This document shows positions 48,080 through 57,675 of a stretch of 64,000 nt of DNA, piece by piece (position 1 is the stretch's first letter; each line of letters starts with the position of its first letter). The stretch comes from Spirochaetia bacterium (GTDB lineage Bacteria > Spirochaetota > Spirochaetia > UBA9216). The notes below the pieces were generated by a model. The model saw only the letters and a list, made by a program, of their open reading frames with translations. It was not told the origin of the DNA and ran no database searches. The translations under genes were made by a program, and so were the position numbers. Location of the stretch: the NCBI GenBank assembly GCA_963677925.2, contig CAXXYH010000003.1, forward strand, positions 544,001 through 608,000, in the 5' to 3' direction.

Positions 48080-48602
48080 AATCCTCCCTTGAAAGAATCT
48101 CTTCCAATATCGACCTGGCTCTGTATACTCTGACTTTCACATTCCCTTCGGTTATCCTGAGAATGGAAGCAATTTCTTTGTAATTCAGCTGACCGTATTC
48201 CTTAAAAATCAAAACTGTTCTCAGATTCAGAGGAAGTTCCATTAAAGCCTTCCTTACTGTTTCAATCCGTTCCTTATTCAAAAGGTCGGTTTCCCCGGTT
48301 ACATCATCTGTCTGGGGAAGCAGTTTAATACGATCAACAGCCCGTGATTCCCTTCCCTTTCTTTTAACATAATTAAAACAAAGGTTTTTGACCACCCTTA
48401 TCAGCCAGTATCTGGACTGTTCGATAGTGGGGATTCCGACAGGACGTGATATATATTTAAGAAAAGCTTCCTGACAGAGTTCCTCACCAACATCCGGATT
48501 TCCCGTTATATGATAGGCTATTTTGATAAGAACAGGAAAAACTTCAGAGTAAACCTGTTCAAAGGAATCCACGGCCCTTTCATCGTCTACCATACTAAAC
48601 AA
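48066..48602 (-). CDS. ECF RNA polymerase sigma factor
   Basis: EELCQEAF and WLIRVVKN (region 2); LNYKEIASILRITEGNVKVRVYRAR (region 4). Start is TTG 48602 or ATG 48593. Confidence 0.93.
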   Translation of the reverse strand: MFSMVDDERAVDSFEQVYSEVFPVLIKIAYHITGNPDVGEELCQEAFLKYISRPVGIPTIEQSRYWLIRVVKNLCFNYVKRKGRESRAVDRIKLLPQTDDVTGETDLLNKERIETVRKALMELPLNLRTVLIFKEYGQLNYKEIASILRITEGNVKVRVYRARSILEEILSREDFDVS

Positions 48603-48618
48603 CTTTCCTGCGCTGAGG

Positions 48619-50028
48619 TTACACTCTTTTTGTCCATCTCGGCCCCTGCGGGGTATCTTTTATGATTATACCCATAGAAAGCAGTTTATCCCGTGCTTCA
48701 TCAGCTTTCTGCCAGTCTTTTGACTTTCGGGCATCCTCTCTCTGCTGTACAAGCGAAGCTTCTTCTTCGGTCAGCTCCGGAAGTGCAGCTTCCAGTTCAT
48801 CCAGCCTGAGACCGAGCACTCTGTCCATCTGCAGTACTGCGGTAAGCTTGTCCTGCTCACTTATACTGCTGTCCTTGAGAAGCTGCCACATTTCAGAAAG
48901 AGCACGAGGCGCATTCAAGTCGTTGGCAAGATGCCCGTCAAAATCGGTAAGATATTTTGCAGCAGATTCAGAAATTGAATTGACCTCTGCAGGCTCTGCA
49001 GCCGATTTAAGGGCTATTACTCTGTCATTCAGATTAAGCCTGGCATTCCTGGAAGCATCAAGTGATTCATAATTGAAAACCAGCTGGGAACGGTAATGGC
49101 CGCCCAGACAGAAATATCTGTAATCAAGCGGATCATAGCCGCTGTCAACAAGAGTCTGAAGCGTAATAAAATTACCGGAAGATTTAGCCATCTTCTGCTT
49201 ATCCATCAGCAGAAACTCACCATGCACCCAGTAGTTAACCCATTTTTTGCCGGTGGCTGCCTCTGACTGAGCTATTTCATTGGTATGATGAACCGGAATA
49301 TGATCAATTCCCCCGCAGTGTATATCAAAAGTTTCACCGAGGTATTTCATACTCATAGCCGAACATTCAATATGCCATCCAGGATAGCCGCTTCCCCAGG
49401 GTGAATCCCACTGCATCAGGTGATTCTCAAATTTTGAGTTGGTAAACCAGAGAACGAAGTCTCTGGGGTTTTTCTTGTTTGTATCAACCTCAATTCTAGC
49501 ACCGTCGCGAAGCTGCTGTCTGTCAAGCAGTGCAAGCTCGCCATAGGACGGGAACTTTGAAGTATCAAAGTAGACGTTTCCGCCGGAAACGTAGGTAAAA
49601 CCGTTTTTTTCCAGCCGCTTGATGAGGCCTATCATGTTGCCGATATGGTCTGTCGCCGCGCAAGATGTTGAGGGTTTCAGAATATTAAGCCGCTGAGTAT
49701 CGTTAAAAAAAGCCTCGGTATAGAAAGCGGCAATATCTTCAGGAGTTTTTCCGGTCTCCCTTGCACTCTTCTCCATCTTGTCTTCACCGTCATCAGCATC
49801 GCCGGTCAGGTGGCCTACATCGGTGATGTTCATGATATGATTTACCTTCAGTCCTGCGTATTCAAGCGCTCTTCTGAGTATATCTTCAAAGATATAGGTT
49901 CTAAGGTTACCTATGTGTGCGAAATTGTAAACGGTAGGGCCGCAGCAGTATAGTCCGACTTTTCCCTCTTTTACAGGTTTAAGTTCCTGGAGCTCACGGC
50001 CCAGTGTGTTATAAAGTCGAATCTGCAC
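48619..50028 (-). CDS. cysS: Cysteine--tRNA ligase
   Basis: CGPTVY, HIGN, GYPGWHIECS, DIHCGG and KMAKS motifs; GTG 50028 after GGAGG. Confidence 0.97.
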   Translation of the reverse strand: MQIRLYNTLGRELQELKPVKEGKVGLYCCGPTVYNFAHIGNLRTYIFEDILRRALEYAGLKVNHIMNITDVGHLTGDADDGEDKMEKSARETGKTPEDIAAFYTEAFFNDTQRLNILKPSTSCAATDHIGNMIGLIKRLEKNGFTYVSGGNVYFDTSKFPSYGELALLDRQQLRDGARIEVDTNKKNPRDFVLWFTNSKFENHLMQWDSPWGSGYPGWHIECSAMSMKYLGETFDIHCGGIDHIPVHHTNEIAQSEAATGKKWVNYWVHGEFLLMDKQKMAKSSGNFITLQTLVDSGYDPLDYRYFCLGGHYRSQLVFNYESLDASRNARLNLNDRVIALKSAAEPAEVNSISESAAKYLTDFDGHLANDLNAPRALSEMWQLLKDSSISEQDKLTAVLQMDRVLGLRLDELEAALPELTEEEASLVQQREDARKSKDWQKADEARDKLLSMGIIIKDTPQGPRWTKRV

Positions 50029-50079
50029 AATTGCCTCCGGCATATGGTAATATCACGGAATTTCATTTAGAATACCGAT

Positions 50080-51003
50080 GTGACTAATTTACGGAATATA
50101 CTTAAAAAAATCAACATCGACGGAGAAATCCGTTTTAATGAGTCCATGGCTGAACACACTACCTTTAAAACCGGCGGAAATGCCGATGTTTATATTCGGC
50201 CATCCGATGAAAACAGCCTTACCGGCCTTTTACAGATGCTTGCATCCGAAATGATTCCGTATTTCATTATAGGAGGAGGCTCCAATCTGCTTGTAGCTGA
50301 CAGCGGAATTAGGGGGGCGGTGGTTGATACAAGTTCACTTAACAGTATAGAGATTGAAGCAGGCGGGATACTAACCGCCGGCTGCGGAGCAGTAGTTGAC
50401 CGGATTGCTGAAAAAGCCTGTGAAGACGGACTGCAGGGTTTTGATTCCTTCTACGGCATGCCCGGAACTATCGGCGGAGCGGTCTGGATGAATGCCCGGT
50501 GCTACGGCAGATCGATTTCAGACATTCTCAAATCGGTAAGATACCTTGACCCGGCTCTGAAACCTGCAGACTATACTTTTAAACCTGAAGATTTTGAATA
50601 TAAACACTCACCATTTCAGAGCAATAAGGGTATAATCCTTTCAGCCTCATTCAGTCTTGAAAAGGGAGCTATTCCCGAAATTGAAGCAGTGATGCAGGCA
50701 AACAGATCTGACCGTGAAAGCAAGGGGCACTATTCAGCCCCATGTGCAGGTTCCGTATTTAAAAATAACAGGGACTTCGGAAAGCCCAGCGGACAGATAA
50801 TTGATTCACTTGGACTCAGAGGATTAAAAGAAGGCGGTGCCATGATTTCTGAAAAACACGCCAACATCATTATAAATCCGGGTACAGCCAGCTCATCAGA
50901 CATTTACCGCCTCATAAAACTGACTGCAGAAAAGGTATATGAAGCCTACGGCTTCAGTCTGGAACCGGAGGTCAGGTTTGCCGGAGACTTCTCTGGACTC
51001 TAA
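50080..51003 (+). CDS. murB: UDP-N-acetylenolpyruvoylglucosamine reductase
   Basis: HTTFKTGG, GGGSNLL, GMPGTIGGAVWMNA, AGSVFKN, KHAN and LEPEV motifs. Confidence 0.96.
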   Translation: MTNLRNILKKINIDGEIRFNESMAEHTTFKTGGNADVYIRPSDENSLTGLLQMLASEMIPYFIIGGGSNLLVADSGIRGAVVDTSSLNSIEIEAGGILTAGCGAVVDRIAEKACEDGLQGFDSFYGMPGTIGGAVWMNARCYGRSISDILKSVRYLDPALKPADYTFKPEDFEYKHSPFQSNKGIILSASFSLEKGAIPEIEAVMQANRSDRESKGHYSAPCAGSVFKNNRDFGKPSGQIIDSLGLRGLKEGGAMISEKHANIIINPGTASSSDIYRLIKLTAEKVYEAYGFSLEPEVRFAGDFSGL

Positions 51004-51101
51004 TTAGAGCCTGAAGCAATATCAGATGAAGCTCACGCTTCCCTTTAAAGCCTAATCAGGTTATCCTGTAAATACATATCAATTAATCCGGAGGCAGAAT
51101 T

Positions 51102-52439
51102 ATGGAACTTAAAGAAAAACTGAATTTAGAAGAAATGCCTCCGGAAGAACTCAGGGAAGTACTTAACGAAATTCCTCTTGCAGACCTGGTAGAAGGCTGG
51201 CACAGCCTGTCTGACGACGAAGCTCTCAGGGTAATTATGTTTCTGACACTTGACAGCAAAGTAGACCTCATGAATGCACTGTCATACTCAGAACAGGAAA
51301 AACTGATTGAATCACTTTCTGAACAGAGCCTCGGGCAGATTCTCTCCGAGATGGATCCGGACGACCTTACCGACTTTATACAGTCTGTTTCCCCTGAGGT
51401 AAGAAAATCCGCATGGAACAGCCTTAGTGAAGAGGCAAAAAAAGAAACCTTATTCCTTTTAAGATTTGACGAAGATGACGCCGCGGGACTGATGACCCCC
51501 CGCTATCTGGCTGTCCGTGCCGGAACCAGCGTGGCTCAGGCAATAAGTTTTGTACGCCGCGCTGCTGTAGAAGTAGAAACCGTTTACTATATCTATGTGC
51601 TTGATAATCTTCAGAGGCTCTCAGGTGTAGTATCCCTTAGGGAACTGCTTACAGCAAATGATGACAAAAAGCTCAGCGAGATAATGGAAACAAACTATGT
51701 TTCAGTACGTGAAGAAACAGACCAGGAAGAGGTAGCTAAAACCCTTGAAGCCTATGACCTCATAGCTCTCCCTGTAGTCGACAGCCGCAACCAGATGCTG
51801 GGTATTGTAACATTCGATGATATCATCGACGTTATCCGTGAGGAGCATACCGAGGATACCTACAAGATGGGAGCCATGGACGGTAACATTGATCCATATC
51901 TTGATACATCGGTATGGGGACTTGTCAAAAAAAGAGTTCCCTGGCTGATTATCCTGCTTATTCTCGGAACTATTTCTACAAATGTTGTCGATCATTACAA
52001 CCATCTGATTACATCTGCAGCATTTCTGTTTGTATTCATGCCCGTAATAACACAGACCGGAGGCAATTCGGGAAGCCAGTCATCCACGCTGATGATTCGA
52101 GGTCTTGCGACCGGAGAGATTTACCCCAGAGATGCAGGAAGAGTCCTTTTGAAGGAACTGCTTGTCGGTCTGCTGATGGGAGTTATTACAGGATGCGTCA
52201 TTCTGCTTCGAAGCTACTTCCTTCCGCCTGGAATAGGTTTCTACCAGGCTGTGACGATAGGAGCCTCACTCGGCTTTGTAGTGCTGTTTTCTTCGATGGT
52301 GGGAATAATTGCACCGCTGCTCATCAGCAGACTGGGCTTTGACCCGACAGTTATGTCCGCCCCGCTGATGGCAACAGTCATCGATGTAGCCGGCCTCACA
52401 ATCTATTTTGAGATTGCAAGGCACATGCTTAATTTATAG
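51102..52439 (+). CDS. mgtE: Magnesium transporter MgtE
   Basis: N-domain, CBS pair (AGLMT, YIYV, GIVTFDD), KRVPWL, GGNSGSQ and DPTVMSAP...TVID motifs. Confidence 0.96.
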   Translation: MELKEKLNLEEMPPEELREVLNEIPLADLVEGWHSLSDDEALRVIMFLTLDSKVDLMNALSYSEQEKLIESLSEQSLGQILSEMDPDDLTDFIQSVSPEVRKSAWNSLSEEAKKETLFLLRFDEDDAAGLMTPRYLAVRAGTSVAQAISFVRRAAVEVETVYYIYVLDNLQRLSGVVSLRELLTANDDKKLSEIMETNYVSVREETDQEEVAKTLEAYDLIALPVVDSRNQMLGIVTFDDIIDVIREEHTEDTYKMGAMDGNIDPYLDTSVWGLVKKRVPWLIILLILGTISTNVVDHYNHLITSAAFLFVFMPVITQTGGNSGSQSSTLMIRGLATGEIYPRDAGRVLLKELLVGLLMGVITGCVILLRSYFLPPGIGFYQAVTIGASLGFVVLFSSMVGIIAPLLISRLGFDPTVMSAPLMATVIDVAGLTIYFEIARHMLNL

Positions 52440-52448
52440 TATCTTTTA

Positions 52449-53672
52449 TCAGGATTTAAGAAGCATCCACACCTTGTCTCCGAATATCAGATCATAGGTG
52501 TCAATAGCTATCTGAAGTTCCTCGTTTGTAGGCATGATAATAATCGAGACAGGCGAATAATCCATTGATACAATGCCGGGAGCCGAACCGTTCTGCTTGT
52601 TCTTTTCGTAATCCATGAAGATTCCGATATTCTCAAGCTGATGACAGATCATCTCTCTGGTTTTAACATCATTCTCACCTATTCCGCCTGTAAAAATCAG
52701 TGCGTCAAGCTTGATCAGGTTCGCGGCATAGGCGCCGATGTACTGCCGAATCTTGTGAGCAAAAACCTCAAGTGCTTCCTGGGCATTCTGATTACCGCTT
52801 TCGGCAGCCTTGTGAAGATCACGCATATCATTTGAAACACCCGAAAGCCCCAGAAGGCCGCTTTCCTTGTTGAGCATTTTGTTAAGCTGTTCGGGTGTAT
52901 ACCCCTTATCCATCAGGAACATAAGAATCTGCGGATCTATATCACCGCTTCGGGTTCCCATAACAAGACCTTCGAGAGGTGTAAAACCCATTGAAGTTTC
53001 AACAGATTTTCCTGATTTTATTGCGGTGATTGATGCGCCATTTCCGAGATGGGCTGAGATTACATTTGTATTTTCAACTGATCTTTTCATCAGTTTAACA
53101 GCTTCATTTGAAACATAGCGGTGACTGGTTCCATGGAAACCGTAGCGCCTTATTCTATATTTATCGTAGAGCTCACGAGGTAATCCGTAAAGGTATGAGG
53201 AAGGAGCAAGTGTCTGGTGAAAAGCAGTATCAAATACTGCAACCTGCTTTACTCCCGGAAGCATCTCCATAGCCTCCTTTATGCCGGTAAGGTTGGCCGG
53301 ATTATGCAGAGGCGCAAGTTCAATATTTTTTTCTATTGCTTTAATTACATCATCATCAATTATTACTGATGTTGCATAATCTTCTCCGCCATGTACAGTT
53401 CGGTGGCCTACACCGGTAATTTCAGAAATATTATTGAGAATTCCCTTCTCCGGATCAGTGAGTGCATCTTTGACCAGAGCCATGGCTGCTGAATGATCAG
53501 GAAGCGGCTGCCTAATCTCAATGACGCCTTTTTCTGATTTCTGGGTTATAATACCTTCATCCGAACCGATTCGCTCGACTAAGCCCTTTCCGAGACTTTT
53601 TCTGTCAGGCATCGCATATACTTCATACTTAAGCGACGAGCTGCCGCAATTGATAACAAGTAGTTTTTCCAT
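52449..53672 (-). CDS. ackA: Acetate/propionate kinase (copy 1)
   Basis: NCGSSSLK, HRTVHGG, APLHN, DTAFH, RRYGFHGTSH, HLGNG and TNEE motifs. Confidence 0.93.
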   Translation of the reverse strand: MEKLLVINCGSSSLKYEVYAMPDRKSLGKGLVERIGSDEGIITQKSEKGVIEIRQPLPDHSAAMALVKDALTDPEKGILNNISEITGVGHRTVHGGEDYATSVIIDDDVIKAIEKNIELAPLHNPANLTGIKEAMEMLPGVKQVAVFDTAFHQTLAPSSYLYGLPRELYDKYRIRRYGFHGTSHRYVSNEAVKLMKRSVENTNVISAHLGNGASITAIKSGKSVETSMGFTPLEGLVMGTRSGDIDPQILMFLMDKGYTPEQLNKMLNKESGLLGLSGVSNDMRDLHKAAESGNQNAQEALEVFAHKIRQYIGAYAANLIKLDALIFTGGIGENDVKTREMICHQLENIGIFMDYEKNKQNGSAPGIVSMDYSPVSIIIMPTNEELQIAIDTYDLIFGDKVWMLLKS

Positions 53673-53699
53673 CTCATGCTCCTGTTTGCGTTAACTTTC

Positions 53700-53770
53700 T
53701 GTACTTTTTTTACTTTAAAGGATTGTAAACCCAATGTTTTATTTGTTCAATGAATTATTGTACTTTTTTT
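53700..53770 (-). promoter_or_regulatory. ackA-1 promoter bracketed by two identical 12-bp direct repeats
   Basis: TTGAAC (53750-53745), 17 nt, TACAAT (53727-53722); TGTACTTTTTTT on the plus strand at 53700-53711 and 53759-53770. Confidence 0.6.
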
Positions 53771-53799
53771 CACTAATTGAATATTTGTCTACTTTTGAC

Positions 53800-55224
53800 T
53801 CAACTCCTGAAACTAAGTTTAAAAAAAGGATTAAAGCCGTTCGAGTCTAAATGTTCTGCTGATTCGGGAATGATGTCAAGGCCGATATCAGCTTCAACAC
53901 TATATCTTTCACTGCTGAACTCATTTTTTATACTTAAATTATAATTTTCAGTCTCTGCGCACTCTCCATTAAAATCCAGAACTGCTTCGACAGTAAATTC
54001 TGTATCAACTATGTCAGCAAAAACAGTGAATAATGCATATGCTGTTATTTCACTGCTGAATCCGCCGTCTGATTCAAGTTCTGAAAAATACCGACCACCG
54101 CTACCTAATCCGCAGAAACCTATGCTGTAATAAATAGAACTGTTTACACTGTAAGAATCCGTTTTACTGCCGTTACCGAAATAATTTACTTTTTTATACG
54201 CTTCTGTAATCATCGAGAAAGCCTCGGAATTCAGTTGTATTTTAGCTGAAACCTTTCTATCACCTGGAAGCTGGATAGAAGGAATTAACTGTTCTGCTGA
54301 ATTCTGAGTTAAATAGGAAACTGAAGAATCAAGTTCAAGTCCTGAAAGCTTGACCGAACTGTAAATACCTGCGCCTCCAGCCAGGCTGTCAGCAGCAGAA
54401 TCTCCATCCGGTCTGATAAAGGTCCTTCCCGACCATACAGCATTTAACCTGACATTGAGTAACCGGCTGCCTGCAGAAAAATAGCCTGAACAGCTGTATC
54501 CCTTATCTGTCTTTTCGGGAAAGGATCCGCCGGCTGATAAATCAAACATCAATGCCGGACTATCACTCTCTGCAGGATTCACAAGTGATGTATTCCGGCC
54601 CGGCGGGAAGGACATTGAAACACCTGCCCTCATAAAGAGTATATACTGCTGAGGCAGCCTTGCATAATCCGCAAACCAGGTATCATCAGCAGCTAAAGCC
54701 GGGGTCAGCCCGACAGCTGCTGTCAGAAAGCTTTCGAATACGGAAGCAGTACCAATTTCAAACTGCAATGGATGTACCATGCCCCCGGCATTGATCGATT
54801 TATTATTAAAACGGAGCAGCCATGCGTTACTGCCTTCGGTTTCAAATGCAAGCCCGAACATGGAAGAACGGCTAAAAGACGATGTAGCAGTCCAACCGCT
54901 TCGGGTAAACTCTTTTGTACCGGAGAGGGAAACACTGCCGGGATTAAAAAACCTGGAGAGCTGACCGGTGTACTTCAGCCTGCCGGCAGTAATATAAGGG
55001 CCTGAATATCCTGCTTCAGCAAAATCAAAATTACCGTTTTCAAAAGAGGATAGAATAAAAAAAAGTCCGTCTCCTTCATCAGCTCTGTAGCGGGCCCTAA
55101 ACAATCCGCTGCTGTCCAGCCCGGCATATATACTTTCAGAATCTGCATAAACAATCTGATGAAATATACATAATACAAGAATGAAAAGGATAATCTTTTT
55201 AACCAGGGAAAGCCGAATCATCAA
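53800..55224 (-). CDS. Exported hypothetical protein, candidate outer-membrane beta-barrel
   Basis: Signal peptide; Gly/Ser/aromatic-rich alternating strands; C-terminal strand PFFKLSFRS. Confidence 0.6.
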   Translation of the reverse strand: MMIRLSLVKKIILFILVLCIFHQIVYADSESIYAGLDSSGLFRARYRADEGDGLFFILSSFENGNFDFAEAGYSGPYITAGRLKYTGQLSRFFNPGSVSLSGTKEFTRSGWTATSSFSRSSMFGLAFETEGSNAWLLRFNNKSINAGGMVHPLQFEIGTASVFESFLTAAVGLTPALAADDTWFADYARLPQQYILFMRAGVSMSFPPGRNTSLVNPAESDSPALMFDLSAGGSFPEKTDKGYSCSGYFSAGSRLLNVRLNAVWSGRTFIRPDGDSAADSLAGGAGIYSSVKLSGLELDSSVSYLTQNSAEQLIPSIQLPGDRKVSAKIQLNSEAFSMITEAYKKVNYFGNGSKTDSYSVNSSIYYSIGFCGLGSGGRYFSELESDGGFSSEITAYALFTVFADIVDTEFTVEAVLDFNGECAETENYNLSIKNEFSSERYSVEADIGLDIIPESAEHLDSNGFNPFFKLSFRS

Positions 55225-55347
55225 AGATAAAAACCATGATAAGTCGTTGCTGATTCATTCTTTACATCACAACCGCTTGAAAATCTCCGGGTTTTATGTA
55301 TGATTTAATTATACATAAATTAACTGAAAATCCTTAGGAGGAAATCA

Positions 55348-56718
55348 TTGGTAATATTAACCCTTAACTGTGGTAGTTCTTCGTTGAAATATCAGCTCTA
55401 TGACTGGGACAACACTGAAACCCTGGCTGCAGGAAATATTGAGAGAGTCGGAATCGAAGGTTCTTTTATCAAACATGAAGCAAAGGACCATGATGAAGTA
55501 AAAATCGAAAGAGACTGCCCCACACACAAAGAGGCAATGGATCTGCTCATTGAATCTATCCTGCACCCTGAACACGGTGCTGTAAAATCTATTGATGAAA
55601 TAAAGGCTGTCGGACACAGAGTTGTGCATGGCGGAGAGAAATTTGCAAAATCTGTAATCATCGATCAGGAAACTATTGATACCTTCAGGCAGCTTGAAAA
55701 GCTTGCACCTCTTCACATTCCTGCAAACCTTACCGGCATTGAATGTGCGATGGAGGTCCTTCCGAACGTTAAACACTGTGCAATCATGGATACTGCATGG
55801 CACCAGACTATGCCTGAGAGCAGCTTTATCTATGCTCTGCCGCACAGCTGGTATGAGAAATACGGCGTTAGAAGATACGGCTTTCACGGAACATCATTCC
55901 TTTACACTACAAAAAGAGCAGCTGCACTTCTTGGCAAGGACCCTTTTGAAACAAACCTTGTTATTGCCCATATTGGAAACGGCGCAAGCTGTAATGCTGT
56001 TAAAAACGGCTGTTCCTTCGATACTTCAATGGGTCTTACTCCGCTTGAGGGTCTTGTAATGGGAACAAGAAGCGGCGACATCGACCCTGCTATCCCCTTC
56101 TTCATAATGGAGAAAACCGGCATGAGCGCCGAGGAAGTTGAAAAGGCACTCAACAAGGAAAGCGGTGTTCTCGGCATCACTGAAAAGTGGGTTGACAGAC
56201 GCGACATTGAAATTGCCGCTGAAGAAGGCAACAAGAGAGCCATCCTCTGTCAGGCAATTGAAGCATACAGAATCAAAAAATATATCGGAGCTTATTCAGC
56301 TGCTATCGGAGGAGCTGATGCAATTGTTTTCACTGCAGGTGTTGGTGAAAGAGGTCCAATTACACGAGCTCTTGCATGTGAGGGTCTTGAGTATATGGGA
56401 ATCAAGATTGATCCCGCTAAGAACAAAGCATCAATGACAAGAAACGCCGAAACATGCATCAGTGCAGATGATTCTAAAGTTAAGGTATTCGTTATTCCTA
56501 CCAACGAAGAGCTTGTTATGACCGAAGATACGTATGCCCTTCTTGAAGGAACCTACGATGTACACACAAAGTACACCTACCATTTTGAGCATGCTGACTA
56601 TGTTAACAAGGAAAGAGAAGCAGGACTTCCAAAAGATCTTAAGAAATGGAACGGTCTTGATAAGGCTATAGTAACACCACCCAAGAAAAAGGGCGGATGC
56701 TGCTGCGGCGACTGTTAA
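55348..56718 (+). CDS. ackA: Acetate kinase (copy 2) with C-terminal extension ending in a Cys-rich tail
   Basis: NCGSSSLK, HRVVHGG, RRYGFHGTS, DTSMGLTPLEG and TNEE motifs; TTG start after AGGAGG. Confidence 0.95.
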   Translation: MVILTLNCGSSSLKYQLYDWDNTETLAAGNIERVGIEGSFIKHEAKDHDEVKIERDCPTHKEAMDLLIESILHPEHGAVKSIDEIKAVGHRVVHGGEKFAKSVIIDQETIDTFRQLEKLAPLHIPANLTGIECAMEVLPNVKHCAIMDTAWHQTMPESSFIYALPHSWYEKYGVRRYGFHGTSFLYTTKRAAALLGKDPFETNLVIAHIGNGASCNAVKNGCSFDTSMGLTPLEGLVMGTRSGDIDPAIPFFIMEKTGMSAEEVEKALNKESGVLGITEKWVDRRDIEIAAEEGNKRAILCQAIEAYRIKKYIGAYSAAIGGADAIVFTAGVGERGPITRALACEGLEYMGIKIDPAKNKASMTRNAETCISADDSKVKVFVIPTNEELVMTEDTYALLEGTYDVHTKYTYHFEHADYVNKEREAGLPKDLKKWNGLDKAIVTPPKKKGGCCCGDC

Positions 56719-56738
56719 GTCATCCTGTTTATTAAATC

Positions 56739-56777
56739 AAAAGGCTGAGAGGATTGTTTCCTGCTCAGCCTTTTTTT
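56739..56777. terminator. Bidirectional intrinsic terminator between ackA-2 and metA
   Basis: AAAAGGCTGAG...CTCAGCCTTTTTTT inverted repeat with A and T tracts. Confidence 0.85.
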
Positions 56778-57675
56778 ATATATCGAAAGGTGTATCCAGG
56801 TATATCTTTTTTACCCACTGTGTAAAAAACTCCAGTCCGTGAGCCCGCCAGTTGTTTACCATGTTTTCACGGCTGATATTCTCAGGCGGAACCATACCTT
56901 CCACTCCGGCGGCAATATCGCGGTCATACTCCTCCCAGAGCCTGTTTGTCGGATATTCAGGATGTCCAAGATGCATCATAAACTTGGAGTCGCTGCTTTC
57001 AAATATGGTATATCCGGCTTTGTCAGAATATCCAAGCAGATTTAATTTACCCTCAGCAGCGGCTTTCTCCAGAGCCTCATCAGGAATTCCGGCATTCCGG
57101 CTCTGTGGACAATAGAAAACATCATCCATCTCACCGGTTATTCTATTACCCAGATCGAGGTTTCTGATAGGGTAAACTCCGAAAAGCTTTCGGTTGTAGT
57201 TAATCTTGTCAATTCCCAGAAATTTCGACAGAGCAAGCCCGCCCCAGCATATTCCCAGAGTTCCTGCAAAATGCTCCCTGGAATATTTCAGGATCTCAGT
57301 AAGTTCATTCCAGTATGTAACATCCTCAAATTCGTATTCCTCTACCGGCGCACCGGTTACTATTATCCCGTCAAATCCCCTGTCCTTTACAGCCTCATCA
57401 AAATTGATATAAAGCTTTGCAAGATGACTCTGGTTTGAGCTTGAATATGAATGAGTATGAAGCTTAAGCCATACAGGCTCTATTTGAATTATCGAACGGC
57501 CGAGAGGAAACAGAATATTATATTCGTACGCCTCTGCCTTTGGCATAATATTCAGTATTCCGATACGGAGTGGCCGGATATCCTGGGATTCGGAGGCCGC
57601 CCTCGTTATACAGTGTATTTTTCGATCTTCAAGAGCCTTTCTGGCATGATAATCTTCAGGCAGAATTATTGACAT
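56776..57675 (-). CDS. metA: MetA-family homoserine O-acyltransferase, probably an acetyltransferase
   Basis: QDIRPL, LNIMP, ICWG and GHPEY motifs. TGAPVE has Glu at the specificity position associated with acetyl-CoA use. Confidence 0.93.
   Translation of the reverse strand: MSIILPEDYHARKALEDRKIHCITRAASESQDIRPLRIGILNIMPKAEAYEYNILFPLGRSIIQIEPVWLKLHTHSYSSSNQSHLAKLYINFDEAVKDRGFDGIIVTGAPVEEYEFEDVTYWNELTEILKYSREHFAGTLGICWGGLALSKFLGIDKINYNRKLFGVYPIRNLDLGNRITGEMDDVFYCPQSRNAGIPDEALEKAAAEGKLNLLGYSDKAGYTIFESSDSKFMMHLGHPEYPTNRLWEEYDRDIAAGVEGMVPPENISRENMVNNWRAHGLEFFTQWVKKIYLDTPFDI

Noticed and set aside
51004-51101. M-box (ykoK) riboswitch upstream of mgtE
   Set aside because: Only 98 nt of intergenic space and no recognisable conserved core.
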